This document shows positions 8,859 to 18,327 of a stretch of 44,806 nt of DNA, piece after piece. This stretch comes from a virus. Taxonomy: Duplodnaviria; Caudoviricetes. The stretch is from IMG/VR virus record IMGVR_UViG_3300007231_001794, positions 1 through 44,806 of that record; one strand, given 5' to 3'. Within the stretch, counting starts at the first letter, position 1, and every line of letters starts with the position of its first letter. The notes beneath the pieces were generated by a model. The model did not search any database. It saw nothing but the letters and a program-made list of their open reading frames with translations, and was not told the DNA's origin. The position numbers and the translations under genes are program-made.

Positions 8859-9635
8859 ATGAAAAGCCCATTTTGTATAGATAGATCAATACTAGTATTA
8901 AATAATAATCCTACGTATTTAGATTTTTGGGAATATTCTTCAAGGATATGGAAAAACAACTTCGGTATACTACCAACTTTGTTTTTTGTGGGGGAGCCCC
9001 CAAAGAGCTTAAACAAACAATTCGGAGAAGTTTACGTTATCCCTCAGATTGACGATGTAGTTGTAAACCCAAGTAGGGATTGGTCAGTAACATGGGCTTT
9101 GTTTTGGGGGGCATCTCAATTCACAAATGACATATGTATAACACACGGAATAGACCAAGTACCATTGTCAGACAATTTCTTTAGGGGTGTGGAAAAGTTT
9201 GACTACAATAAAGATTATGTAATTGGTTTGGCCGATGCCTATAACCGTTCAGATTGGTTCGTCTCTTCGCATCATGTGGCTAAAGGTTCAACGTTTAAAA
9301 AGGCACTATCAATAAACGAAGACTGGGAAAAAGAAATTACAAAGGTTTTTTCTCATAGAGAGGATTATGGAGACATGTATGGAGGCGGTGATTTTTGGGG
9401 GCTCGATGAATTACATTCATCTTTTTTATTAAAAGACTTTAAAAACCTCAAACCATATAATGGGTTTTCTGATTTAAGAAACAGAAGAATAGATAGGGCT
9501 TATCATAACAGTTTCGATCCAGAAATACTAAAAAGCGGAGGTTATTCAGAAATCCACGCTCATCGCCCATACAACAAACATAAAAACTTCCTGGATTCTA
9601 TTTCTAGGCTTACACCAAACTATTTAACAAAATGA
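8859..9635 (+). CDS. Putative glycosyltransferase-like hypothetical protein
   Basis: Degenerate DxD region (HGIDQVPL), WGLDE, RIDR, H.HRPY; cluster context. Confidence 0.45.
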   Translation: MKSPFCIDRSILVLNNNPTYLDFWEYSSRIWKNNFGILPTLFFVGEPPKSLNKQFGEVYVIPQIDDVVVNPSRDWSVTWALFWGASQFTNDICITHGIDQVPLSDNFFRGVEKFDYNKDYVIGLADAYNRSDWFVSSHHVAKGSTFKKALSINEDWEKEITKVFSHREDYGDMYGGGDFWGLDELHSSFLLKDFKNLKPYNGFSDLRNRRIDRAYHNSFDPEILKSGGYSEIHAHRPYNKHKNFLDSISRLTPNYLTK

Positions 9636-10114
9636 ATTATTTTGCTCACTCATCATCAGTAATAGACGAAGGCTCCGTGATCGGAGAAGGTACCAAAATT
9701 TGGCACTTTTCTCATATTTGCAGCGGGGCTAAGATAGGCAAAAATTGTAACATAGGTCAAAATGTATTTATAGCACCAAATGTTGTAATAGGGGATAATG
9801 TTAAAATTCAAAACGGAGTAAGCTTATATACTGGGGTAGAGGTAGAAGACTACGTTTTTCTTGGGCCTCATTGTGTTTTTACTAATGATTTATATCCAAG
9901 AGCATACGGAGATTGGTCAATTACTCCGACAAAAATAAGGAAAGGAGCCTCTGTTGGAGCTAATGCCACAATCTTATGTGGAATAGAACTTGGTGAGTTT
10001 TCCATGGTCGGTTGTGGCTCTGTAGTAACAAAAGATGTTCCTCCAAAAACATTAGTTCTAGGAAATCCAGCGAAAGTAAAAAGAGTTTTAAAAGACGAAA
10101 ACAAAGAAATATAA
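9632..10114 (+). CDS. Hexapeptide-repeat sugar N-acetyltransferase (WbpD/WlbB-like)
   Basis: IGEGTKIWHFSHI, GPHCVFTND, IRKGASVGANATI, GSVVTKDVP, GNPAK. Confidence 0.9.
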   Translation: MNYFAHSSSVIDEGSVIGEGTKIWHFSHICSGAKIGKNCNIGQNVFIAPNVVIGDNVKIQNGVSLYTGVEVEDYVFLGPHCVFTNDLYPRAYGDWSITPTKIRKGASVGANATILCGIELGEFSMVGCGSVVTKDVPPKTLVLGNPAKVKRVLKDENKEI

Positions 10115-10127
10115 ATTTAATAAATAA

Positions 10128-11156
10128 ATGAAAAAAGTAATTATCACGGGAGTAACTGGTCAAGATGGAAGCTTAATGGCTGACTACTTATTAGCAAATA
10201 CACAACACACAGTCATCGCTGGTGTGCGTCGCTTAAGCGTAAAGAACCACGACAATATAAAACATCTAGAAGACAACCCAAGATTTAAACTTATTGATTT
10301 AGATGTAACAGACCAACATAATGTTGACAGGGTTATTGCTGAAGAAAAACCAGATTATTTCATCAACTTCGCTGCCAATTCATTTGTAGGAACAAGCTGG
10401 AAGATGCCCGTCAACCACATGGAAACAAACTGTATGGGAGTTTTATACCAACTTTGTGCTATAGCCGCACACGCCCCCAAATGCCGATATTACAACGCAG
10501 GAAGCTCGGAAGAGTTTGGGGATATTGTAGTGACTCCACAAGACGAGACTCATCCACTGCGCCCCAGAAGCCCTTATGGGGCATCTAAAGCTTCTGCGAG
10601 ACATCTTGTAAAGGTATGGCGTGACTCTTATAATCTTTACGCCGTACAAGGATGGCTTTTTAACCACGAAGGGGTTCGTAGAGGCGAAGAATTTTTGACA
10701 AGAAAAGTTACAAAAGGTGTTGCAGATATTTTTAAAAAATCAAGAGACGGGGAGAAAACAAAACCACTTCAACTAGGAAACTTAGAAGCCAAAAGAGATT
10801 GGTCTGACGCAGAAGATTTTGTAGATGGCATCTGGAAGATGCTAAACCAAGACGAGCCAAAAGAATATGTCTTGGCTTCTGGTGAAACACACACCATTAG
10901 GTCGTTTGTAGAGGCGGCTTTTTCCTGCGCTGGATTTGGTGCAGAAGAGTGTAGGTGGGTTGGAGAGGGAATTAACGAGAAGTATTTTCATGGTAATGAT
11001 GTATTAGTTGAGATTAACCCTGAATTCTATAGACCTGCAGAAGTCGAGCTCTTGTTAGGAGACCCCTCTAAGGCGGAAGCAGAGCTTGGTTGGGTAAGAA
11101 AAACAAACTTTGCAGGTCTTATTAAAAAGATGGTTGACAAAGACATCAATCTTTGA
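10128..11156 (+). CDS. gmd: GDP-mannose 4,6-dehydratase
   Basis: ITGVTGQDGS, SSEEFG, PRSPYGASK, LFNHE, LGNLEAKRDW, YRPAEVELLLGD. Confidence 0.95.
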   Translation: MKKVIITGVTGQDGSLMADYLLANTQHTVIAGVRRLSVKNHDNIKHLEDNPRFKLIDLDVTDQHNVDRVIAEEKPDYFINFAANSFVGTSWKMPVNHMETNCMGVLYQLCAIAAHAPKCRYYNAGSSEEFGDIVVTPQDETHPLRPRSPYGASKASARHLVKVWRDSYNLYAVQGWLFNHEGVRRGEEFLTRKVTKGVADIFKKSRDGEKTKPLQLGNLEAKRDWSDAEDFVDGIWKMLNQDEPKEYVLASGETHTIRSFVEAAFSCAGFGAEECRWVGEGINEKYFHGNDVLVEINPEFYRPAEVELLLGDPSKAEAELGWVRKTNFAGLIKKMVDKDINL

Positions 11157-11162
11157 TACTAT
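11134..11162 (+). promoter_or_regulatory. Sigma-70-like promoter, probably giving a leaderless transcript
   Basis: TTGACA-17 nt-TACTAT, with ATG 6 nt downstream. Confidence 0.7.
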
Positions 11163-11168
11163 TCTTTT

Positions 11169-11639
11169 ATGCCAAGAGGAAAAAAAAGATGTCCATTATG
11201 TAATGTTTTTGTAGGAGCAAGGTCTTCTTCTTGTGATTGCGGCTTTAAATTTCAGAAGCCAACCAAAATACAAGAGGTAAAAAACAAAAAACCCCCAAAG
11301 CTCAAAATAAACAAAAAGGAAATACTCATTCGATTGGTAGAAGTGCCAAATACGGAGAAGAGGTTCTTTTTTGCTAGGGAAATGAAAATGCTTAACGATC
11401 TATGTGATCGTTACTCTCTTGAGTTTATGAATATAGTTAGCTTCTACAAGAAGCTAGACTCATTAGCCTACCTTGTTAGCCCTAAGTTAAAAGCTGTATT
11501 GGATCAAAAGTTCAGGGCATTCAATTATGTGGTTGACAAAACCAAATACCCTACGTATACTATAGGAGATAAGTGCGGCGATGATAAGAAAATCGCCAAG
11601 AAAATGAAAACAACAAAAGACTTCTTAGATGAGCGATAA
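11169..11639 (+). CDS. Hypothetical basic protein with N-terminal zinc ribbon
   Basis: CPLC...CDC; Lys-rich; first gene of the recA block. Confidence 0.6.
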   Translation: MPRGKKRCPLCNVFVGARSSSCDCGFKFQKPTKIQEVKNKKPPKLKINKKEILIRLVEVPNTEKRFFFAREMKMLNDLCDRYSLEFMNIVSFYKKLDSLAYLVSPKLKAVLDQKFRAFNYVVDKTKYPTYTIGDKCGDDKKIAKKMKTTKDFLDER

Positions 11640-12747
11640 ATTAAATTCAAAAAACCTACTAGACAACTTCTTAAAAGCAAATAAAGAAGACCATTACAAT
11701 TTCGAAGAAGAGATTGACTATAAAATTTCAAGCGGGTCACTTCAATTTGACCTGCACTTAGGAGGTGGATTCGGTCCAGGTCTCCATAGATTTTGCGGGA
11801 TGAACGAAGGAGGCAAAACATCGGAAGCCTTAGAGGTTATGAAGAACTTTCTAATTACCCTGCCAAACTCAAAAGCTGTGTATTTCAAAGCAGAAGGAAG
11901 ACTCTCTCCAGAAATGAGGAAAAGATCTGGAGTTAAGTTTGTTACAAAGACAGAAGACTGGGCTGACGGTACCTGCTTTGTTTTTGAGTCGAACATTTAT
12001 GAGACAGTTGTTGATTTAATGAGACAGTTAGTTTCTAATAATGATGATAAGACTAAGTATTGTTTCTTGCTTGACTCTGTTGACGGGTTGATTTTAAAAA
12101 ACGACATGGATAAACCTTTTGAGGATTCGTCAAAGATTGCTGGCGGCGCAGTTGTTGCTGGAACCTTTATGAAAAAAATGTCTATAGCGCTAGCCAAAAG
12201 AGGTCACATGGCAATCTTTATTTCGCAAGTCAGGGCGGACATTAAATTAGATCCATATAGTAAAGCTCCCATTAGGCAAACAAGCGCTACAGGAGGAAAC
12301 GCTTTGTTACACTTTGCTAACTGGATCATAGAGTTTGAGGCTAGATATAATAAAGATATGATTTTAAAAAACCCATCAATTAAAAAGATGGACTCTCAAA
12401 AAAACCCAGCAATAGGCCACTTTGCAAGTGTAACTGTAAAGAAATCCCCAAACGAAAAAACAAACACAAGGATTATTTATCCGATTCGATACGGAAGGTC
12501 TGACGGAACTTCTATATGGATTGAGAAAGAGATAGTAGACTTACTGTTTGCTTGGGAGTTCTTAGTAAAGAAAGGTTCTTGGATAAAAGCTACAGAAGAA
12601 TTTCTAGAAATCATGTCAGAAAACAAATTAGAGTTTCCAGAAAAAATACAAGGAGAAAACAACGTGTTCAAAGCTATCGAGGATAGTGAAGAGTTGTCCA
12701 ACTTCTTAGTGGATTATTTCAAGAAGGCCATTGGTGAGTTAACATGA
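11629..12747 (+). CDS. recA: RecA/UvsX-like recombinase
   Basis: SSGSLQFDLHLGGG, Walker A GMNEGGKT, Walker B LLDSV, ISQVR, TGGNAL. Confidence 0.9.
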   Translation: MSDKLNSKNLLDNFLKANKEDHYNFEEEIDYKISSGSLQFDLHLGGGFGPGLHRFCGMNEGGKTSEALEVMKNFLITLPNSKAVYFKAEGRLSPEMRKRSGVKFVTKTEDWADGTCFVFESNIYETVVDLMRQLVSNNDDKTKYCFLLDSVDGLILKNDMDKPFEDSSKIAGGAVVAGTFMKKMSIALAKRGHMAIFISQVRADIKLDPYSKAPIRQTSATGGNALLHFANWIIEFEARYNKDMILKNPSIKKMDSQKNPAIGHFASVTVKKSPNEKTNTRIIYPIRYGRSDGTSIWIEKEIVDLLFAWEFLVKKGSWIKATEEFLEIMSENKLEFPEKIQGENNVFKAIEDSEELSNFLVDYFKKAIGELT

Positions 12748-13151
12748 AGTTTTTAGATCCATTAGGTAAGCAAAGAAACCTAAAGGGTGCTAAAAAATAT
12801 TTGATTGATTGGGACGCCAAAAGCAGAAGCAAGTTTCAAAAAAACGTCAAAGATTTTTTAAAAGATTATTGGCTTCATGATATTGTTTTTGAAGAATTCC
12901 GAATTGTAGGGACAAGGATGTCTTTAGATTTTTATAACGCAAATAAGAAGGTTGCTATAGAAGTCCAAGGGCAACAACACACTAAGTATGTCAAGTTTTT
13001 TCACAAGAATAGGCTCAAGTATTTAGAACAGTTAAAGAGAGACCAGAAGAAGCTTGACTTCTGTGATTTAAATGATATAAAGCTGGTAGAGATTTATCCT
13101 ACCGATGTAGTTAACGCTTCACTATTTACAGATCAAGATATATATTTATGA
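12744..13151 (+). CDS. Small PD-(D/E)XK endonuclease (Vsr/DUF559-like)
   Basis: LDFY...AIEVQGQQH, RDQKK..FC, IKLVEI. Confidence 0.75.
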   Translation: MKFLDPLGKQRNLKGAKKYLIDWDAKSRSKFQKNVKDFLKDYWLHDIVFEEFRIVGTRMSLDFYNANKKVAIEVQGQQHTKYVKFFHKNRLKYLEQLKRDQKKLDFCDLNDIKLVEIYPTDVVNASLFTDQDIYL

Positions 13152-13375
13152 AAGAAGAAGAAGATATAGAGTTTTCAATACCAGATAATTTTATTGAACA
13201 AATTTATGAACTCAGCGGTGGCGCTGATAAATATAAAGGAATGGTATTGGCTTTATGCACAGAGAATGGGGCCCCAATGATTTATTCAAAGTACGATTCT
13301 TCCATTGTTGAATTAGGTCTTAGACAATCAATTATTAACTTCATAGAAGGCAACGTCGAACAATCTTCAAAATGA
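13148..13375 (+). CDS. Hypothetical protein
   Basis: ATGA-coupled on both sides within the operon. Confidence 0.65.
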   Translation: MKEEEDIEFSIPDNFIEQIYELSGGADKYKGMVLALCTENGAPMIYSKYDSSIVELGLRQSIINFIEGNVEQSSK

Positions 13376-14886
13376 TTTATAACCTAGAATTAGAAAAACA
13401 ACTACTTGCTGGTCTTATTAAAGAGCCAGATAGTTTCACAGATATATCTAGCTTTATAGATAATGATGATTTCTATTCACAAGAAAGTAATCTTCATAAA
13501 ACAATCTTCACAATAATTAGGCAAGCCGCTCAAAGCGGCGATGATGTTGATGAAGTTATTATTGCTCAAAGAATAGCAAGCATGGGTTTGTCTTTTCAAG
13601 ACAACCTCAACCCCTCTGACTACATTAAGTCCTTAGCCTTGAGAAAGGTTCCTAAGGGCAATGTTGCCAAAACAGCTAAAGAGCTTAAAAAGATATCTGT
13701 AAGAAGGGGTATATACAAAGCCGCTCAAGACATAGCTAGGGAGATGAAAAACATTTCCCCAGAAACCGCGTATCATGAGATAGTCGAAAAAGCGGACCAT
13801 GTTTATAACTCAAAAATAAATCTATATGAAACTGGAGATGACCTTCCAGTTAACATCTACGATGAGATGGAGGATGTGATAGAGGACAGAGGCAACAACC
13901 CTGTCACCGAGTTTGGTATGATGGGTCCCCACAAAAAGACTAACCAAATGTATGGTTCTCTTCTTCGCCCAGGAAATATAACTGTCGTTGTAGCTAGGTC
14001 TGGAGTAGGAAAGACTCAGTTCTGTATGCATTATGCAAGCTGGGTAGGCGCAAAGTATGACATCCCTATTCTTCACTTCGATAACGGCGAGATGAGTAAA
14101 GAGGAACTAATAATGAGGCAGTGTTCTTCTATGTCTGGCATACCCATGCATCTTCTTGAGAGCGGAAAGTGGAGGCAAGCTGGCCCAGATGTTGTTCAGA
14201 AAGTAAGGGAAACTTGGGAAAAAATAAAGAAGCTCAAATTTTATTATTACAATGTTGGTGGCATGGATGTAGATGCGATGGTTAACACACTAAAACGCTT
14301 CTATCTTGCAAAGGTTGGGAGAGGAAACAAAATGGTATTCTCTTTTGACTATATTAAAACCACAAGCGAAGGCTCTGGAAACAAAAACGAATGGCAGCTT
14401 GTCGGCGAGATGGTTGATAAATTTAAGAAATGTGTCCAAAAAGAAATTCTGCACGAAGGGGAACCAATCATTCCAATGATAACGTCCGTACAATCAAACA
14501 GGTATGGAATAACAAATAACCGAACAGCGCAAAACATAGTTGATGACGAAAGTATTGTTTCTCTATCTGATAGGATTATTCAGTTCTGTTCTCATATGTT
14601 TATTTTGAGAAATAAGACCGCTGATGAAATAGAAATTGAAGGCAATCAATTTGGCACTCACAAGTTAGTCAATATTAAAAGCCGACATTTAGGCGAGGAT
14701 ATAGCTGGGGCATTAAATCCAGTTCAAGTCGGCGACTCTTTAAGAAAGAACTTTATTAATTTAAACTTCCACAACTTTAAGATAACAGAGTGCGGAGACC
14801 TCAGAGATATAGTCCGATCCACAGAAGGTGGCGCGGATTTAGACGATTCGGAAACAGAAGAAGTCCCAGATTTTGACCAGTTCTAG
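13372..14886 (+). CDS. dnaB: Replicative DNA helicase (DnaB family)
   Basis: ELEKQLLAGL N-domain, ARSGVGKT, EMS.EEL, FDYI, QSNR, KSR. Confidence 0.92.
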   Translation: MIYNLELEKQLLAGLIKEPDSFTDISSFIDNDDFYSQESNLHKTIFTIIRQAAQSGDDVDEVIIAQRIASMGLSFQDNLNPSDYIKSLALRKVPKGNVAKTAKELKKISVRRGIYKAAQDIAREMKNISPETAYHEIVEKADHVYNSKINLYETGDDLPVNIYDEMEDVIEDRGNNPVTEFGMMGPHKKTNQMYGSLLRPGNITVVVARSGVGKTQFCMHYASWVGAKYDIPILHFDNGEMSKEELIMRQCSSMSGIPMHLLESGKWRQAGPDVVQKVRETWEKIKKLKFYYYNVGGMDVDAMVNTLKRFYLAKVGRGNKMVFSFDYIKTTSEGSGNKNEWQLVGEMVDKFKKCVQKEILHEGEPIIPMITSVQSNRYGITNNRTAQNIVDDESIVSLSDRIIQFCSHMFILRNKTADEIEIEGNQFGTHKLVNIKSRHLGEDIAGALNPVQVGDSLRKNFINLNFHNFKITECGDLRDIVRSTEGGADLDDSETEEVPDFDQF

Positions 14887-15916
14887 TAATATGAAGGAGG
14901 TCCTTGAAAGCATGGGCTACAAGCTTATAGATAATGGCGACCATTGGAGGACTAATGCCCTTTATAGAGACGGGGATAATCCTACCGCTGTTAAAATTTA
15001 TAAGAATACAGGGGTATGGAGCGACTTCGTTCGCTTTGAAAGCCCCAAGCCGCTTGAACTCCTGGTAAAACTTACCCTTGAAGGAGATAAAGAAAAACTA
15101 ACTACCGTCTTAAAATCCTTAAACTCTAACGATAACGAAATCACAGAGTACAAACAAAACACATTAATACAAATGGAAAAGACTTACGAAGATTCGGTTT
15201 TGGATAAACTATTTCCCAATTATAATTTTTATCTAGATAAAAACATATCAGAAGATACCCAAAAAGCATTTAAAGTTGGGCTTGCTGGCGGCGGAAACAT
15301 GTATAGAAGAATGGTATTTCCGATATACAATGAACATTCTCAAATAATTGGCTTCTCTGGAAGGAAGGTTGATGACAATGATTATGCCAAGTGGAAACAT
15401 TTAGGCAAGAAAAACAACTGGATATATCCAGCTTATTTACCAAACAAAGAAACAGTAGATTCTGTTATAGACGAGAAGTGTGAGGTTTATCTTGTAGAAA
15501 GTATTGGCGACGCTATGTCTTTGTATCAACAGGGCATTAAAAACGTATTAGTTATATTCGGTCTGTCTGTCAGTTCTTCTATTATAACATACTTGTCTAG
15601 CAAAAAAATTGACAGAGTTATACTAGCTGGAAACAACGATTTTAATTTCAAGGAAAACAGAGGTTTAATGGCTTCCATAAAAAACTATTTAAAATTAAGC
15701 AATTACTTTGATCTAGATGCTCTGTGCATCAAGAACCCACCAAAAGGTTTTAACGATCTTGGCGATGCTCATTTGAAAGAGATTAATTTGGCTTCTTGGT
15801 CCAAAGAAATCCCAGACAGCAAAGAACAAAGAAAGTTCATATCTGATTTTGTTGCAGATAACGAAATGAAGTTTTCTAAAACACATATAAGAAAGGCATC
15901 TAAATTAAATGAGTGA
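14873..15916 (+). CDS. DNA primase (DnaG-like TOPRIM)
   Basis: RMVFPI, IIGFSGR, YLVESIGDAMSL, GNND, NDLGD; follows dnaB. Confidence 0.82.
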   Translation: MTSSSNMKEVLESMGYKLIDNGDHWRTNALYRDGDNPTAVKIYKNTGVWSDFVRFESPKPLELLVKLTLEGDKEKLTTVLKSLNSNDNEITEYKQNTLIQMEKTYEDSVLDKLFPNYNFYLDKNISEDTQKAFKVGLAGGGNMYRRMVFPIYNEHSQIIGFSGRKVDDNDYAKWKHLGKKNNWIYPAYLPNKETVDSVIDEKCEVYLVESIGDAMSLYQQGIKNVLVIFGLSVSSSIITYLSSKKIDRVILAGNNDFNFKENRGLMASIKNYLKLSNYFDLDALCIKNPPKGFNDLGDAHLKEINLASWSKEIPDSKEQRKFISDFVADNEMKFSKTHIRKASKLNE

Positions 15917-16931
15917 ACCAGTAACAACATTGTCGGCAAGCAGAATTAAAACAGCAGAGAGTTGTTCTTGGTTGTATTGGTCTAAGTATAAACTAAAACT
16001 TCCAGACAGGAGTAATGACGGAGCTAGACGAGGTTCTATATGTCACTTGATCTTTGAAGTGTTGGGGGAAAAAAGAAGGAAGCATTATTTTGATGAGATC
16101 ATCAGGACTCTCGATGTATTTAGTGTGCCTTCTATTAAAAGGTTGATAATGAAACACGCTATTAAGGAGGGTGTTGATGACGAAACTAACGTTCAAATGA
16201 TGAAGGAGATGACTCTTAATGGCTTGATGTATGACTTCTTCGGCAACACAGATCAAGAACCTACTGAAGAACATTCTGAGAAAGATTTTCATATTGTTGT
16301 TAATGATGGTGTTGTAAAATATAAAATCAGAGGGTTTATAGACAAACTATTTTTATACAAAGATAAAAAATATGCCTTAATTAGAGATTTCAAAACCAGC
16401 AAAGAAACATTCAAAGGTAAAGATGCGGAAGACAATATGCAGGACTTGATGTACAGTCTTGCCGTCAAGCATTTGTTTCCAGAGTACGAAACAAAACAAA
16501 GCGAGTTTTTGTTTCTTAAGTTTGACTTAATACCAGATATTAAGAAAAGCGGTATCGTAAGAATGGAACCTCTGGACGAGCATGACCTTCATGGTTTTGA
16601 ACATCACCTCACAGAAATACAAAAGTATTTAGACAATTTCACAGAAGAATCTGCCACCAAAAACATGGCAGCATACAAAGGTTTCCCTAGCGATGGTTCG
16701 TTCAGTTGTAAACTTCTTTGTGGCTTCGCTAAAGAGAAGGGTCAACTCAAAAAAGACGGGACACCTATGTGGCATTGCGGAATGAAGTTTGATTTCTTTT
16801 ATTATGATATTAAAAATTCCGAAGGCAATTTTCACAAATCTTGTTTTGACGACGAGTTTTCTGAGGATATGGTCCCAGAGGGAGGCTCGTATGAAATGAA
16901 ACATTACCCAGGATGCCCTGCTCATAGATAA
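15909..16931 (+). CDS. RecB/Cas4-like PD-(D/E)XK exonuclease
   Basis: LSASRI...C, G.ICH, GFIDKL, RDFKTS, Q..MY, C-terminal Cys cluster. Confidence 0.82.
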   Translation: MSEPVTTLSASRIKTAESCSWLYWSKYKLKLPDRSNDGARRGSICHLIFEVLGEKRRKHYFDEIIRTLDVFSVPSIKRLIMKHAIKEGVDDETNVQMMKEMTLNGLMYDFFGNTDQEPTEEHSEKDFHIVVNDGVVKYKIRGFIDKLFLYKDKKYALIRDFKTSKETFKGKDAEDNMQDLMYSLAVKHLFPEYETKQSEFLFLKFDLIPDIKKSGIVRMEPLDEHDLHGFEHHLTEIQKYLDNFTEESATKNMAAYKGFPSDGSFSCKLLCGFAKEKGQLKKDGTPMWHCGMKFDFFYYDIKNSEGNFHKSCFDDEFSEDMVPEGGSYEMKHYPGCPAHR

Positions 16932-16947
16932 TGCTGTTCATTTAGTC

Positions 16948-16975
16948 TTGACGTAGGCTATTTATTTGGTATGAT
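16948..16975 (+). promoter_or_regulatory. Sigma-70-like promoter of the polymerase block, probably leaderless
   Basis: TTGACG-16 nt-TATGAT with extended TG; GTG start 6 nt downstream. Confidence 0.65.
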
Positions 16976-16981
16976 TGTGGT

Positions 16982-17695
16982 GTGATAAAACCTATTTTCA
17001 AATCAACCTATTCAGTAGGCAAGAGCATATTGACTATCGATGAGATAGTTCAGATATGTAAAGACAAAGATTTTAAAAGTCTTACCCTTGTTGAGGACAA
17101 CTTGACCAGCTTTATGAAGGCTTTTCATGCTTGTGTAAAAAACGGCATAGATCTGACATACGGCCTGAGGATTACTCTCTGCAATTCTGTAGAATGCGAA
17201 GACTCAGATCACAAGTGTGTTATATTTGCTTTGGACGACAAAGGCTGCAAGCTGATGAATAAGATTTATTCTAAGGCGTTCGTTGATAATGGAGGCAAAA
17301 TAACATACGAAGAGCTTCGATCATTTTGGGACAATGATTGCCTTTCTTTTGTAGTTCCTTTTTACGATAGCTTTATTCATCAGAACAACTTATTTTTAAA
17401 GAATTGTATACCAGAGCTTGAAGGTTTTAATCCTAGATTTTGGGTTGAGAAAAACAACCTTCCTTACGACAGGCTTATTGAGCAGAAAGTTTTAGAGTTC
17501 ACCGATGGTAATTTCCCTATTAGTTTCGTAAAGTCAATATATTATAAAAACAAAGAAGATGTCGAAGCTCTCCAAACTTACAAAATTCTCTGCAACCGAA
17601 GCTTCGGAAGACAAGCTACATTATCCTGTCCAAATTTAAATCACTTCTCTAGTGATGAGTTTTGCTTGGAATCCTATATAGAAAAAACAAAGTAA
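16982..17695 (+). CDS. Stand-alone PHP domain of DNA polymerase III alpha (degenerate)
   Basis: FKSTYSVGKSIL, LTLVEDN, YGLRI, HKCVIFA..DKG..LMNKIYS match the DnaE N-terminal PHP layout. Confidence 0.8.
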   Translation: MIKPIFKSTYSVGKSILTIDEIVQICKDKDFKSLTLVEDNLTSFMKAFHACVKNGIDLTYGLRITLCNSVECEDSDHKCVIFALDDKGCKLMNKIYSKAFVDNGGKITYEELRSFWDNDCLSFVVPFYDSFIHQNNLFLKNCIPELEGFNPRFWVEKNNLPYDRLIEQKVLEFTDGNFPISFVKSIYYKNKEDVEALQTYKILCNRSFGRQATLSCPNLNHFSSDEFCLESYIEKTK

Positions 17696-18327
17696 TGAAC
17701 GACGACCTACTAAGATATAATAGAAAACAAAAATATATTATTTTTGACACAGAGACGGAAGGTTTAAATTTGGTAAAATCAAAACCTTGGCAAGCGGCTT
17801 GGATTGTTGCGGAAGGAAACAAGGTAATTAAAAAATATGACAAACTAATCAAATGGGATGACCTTAGCGTTTCTAAAGATGCGGCAAGGATCACTGGTTT
17901 CAATAAGGCTGAGTACGAAAAGAAAGCCGAAGACCCTAAAAAGGTTTGGGATGAATTTTCTAAGTATTTATATGACGACTCCTATAAGATTGTGGGTCAA
18001 AACCTTTTGGGTTTCGATGTTTATATGATAGATGTATGGAGGAAGCTTATTGGAGAACCTCTGCATCAAGACTATATCAATAGAATCATTGACACTAAAG
18101 CGATAGCTACTGCCATTGTAAAAGAATCTCCAGTAAATAAAAAAGAATTTATATATTGGCAGTATAGGTGGCTTAATTATAGAGAAAGAGGTTTAAAGAC
18201 TTCTCAATTAACACTCCTCAAAAAATACGATATTGACTTTGACAAAGACAGGCTGCATGATGCTTTATACGACATCGAAATGAATTTCGAAATATTCCAC
18301 AAACAACTTTACGACATCGAACTATGA
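17695..18327 (+). CDS. DEDDh 3'-5' exonuclease (DnaQ/epsilon-like)
   Basis: FDTETEGL, GQN..GFD, IIDT, HDALYD; start at the TAATG overlap at 17695. Confidence 0.9.
   Translation: MNDDLLRYNRKQKYIIFDTETEGLNLVKSKPWQAAWIVAEGNKVIKKYDKLIKWDDLSVSKDAARITGFNKAEYEKKAEDPKKVWDEFSKYLYDDSYKIVGQNLLGFDVYMIDVWRKLIGEPLHQDYINRIIDTKAIATAIVKESPVNKKEFIYWQYRWLNYRERGLKTSQLTLLKKYDIDFDKDRLHDALYDIEMNFEIFHKQLYDIEL

Noticed and set aside
15909-16931. Cas4-like nuclease as a sign of CRISPR-Cas
   Set aside because: No repeat-spacer array or other cas genes seen; solo RecB/Cas4-like nucleases are common in phage replication modules.
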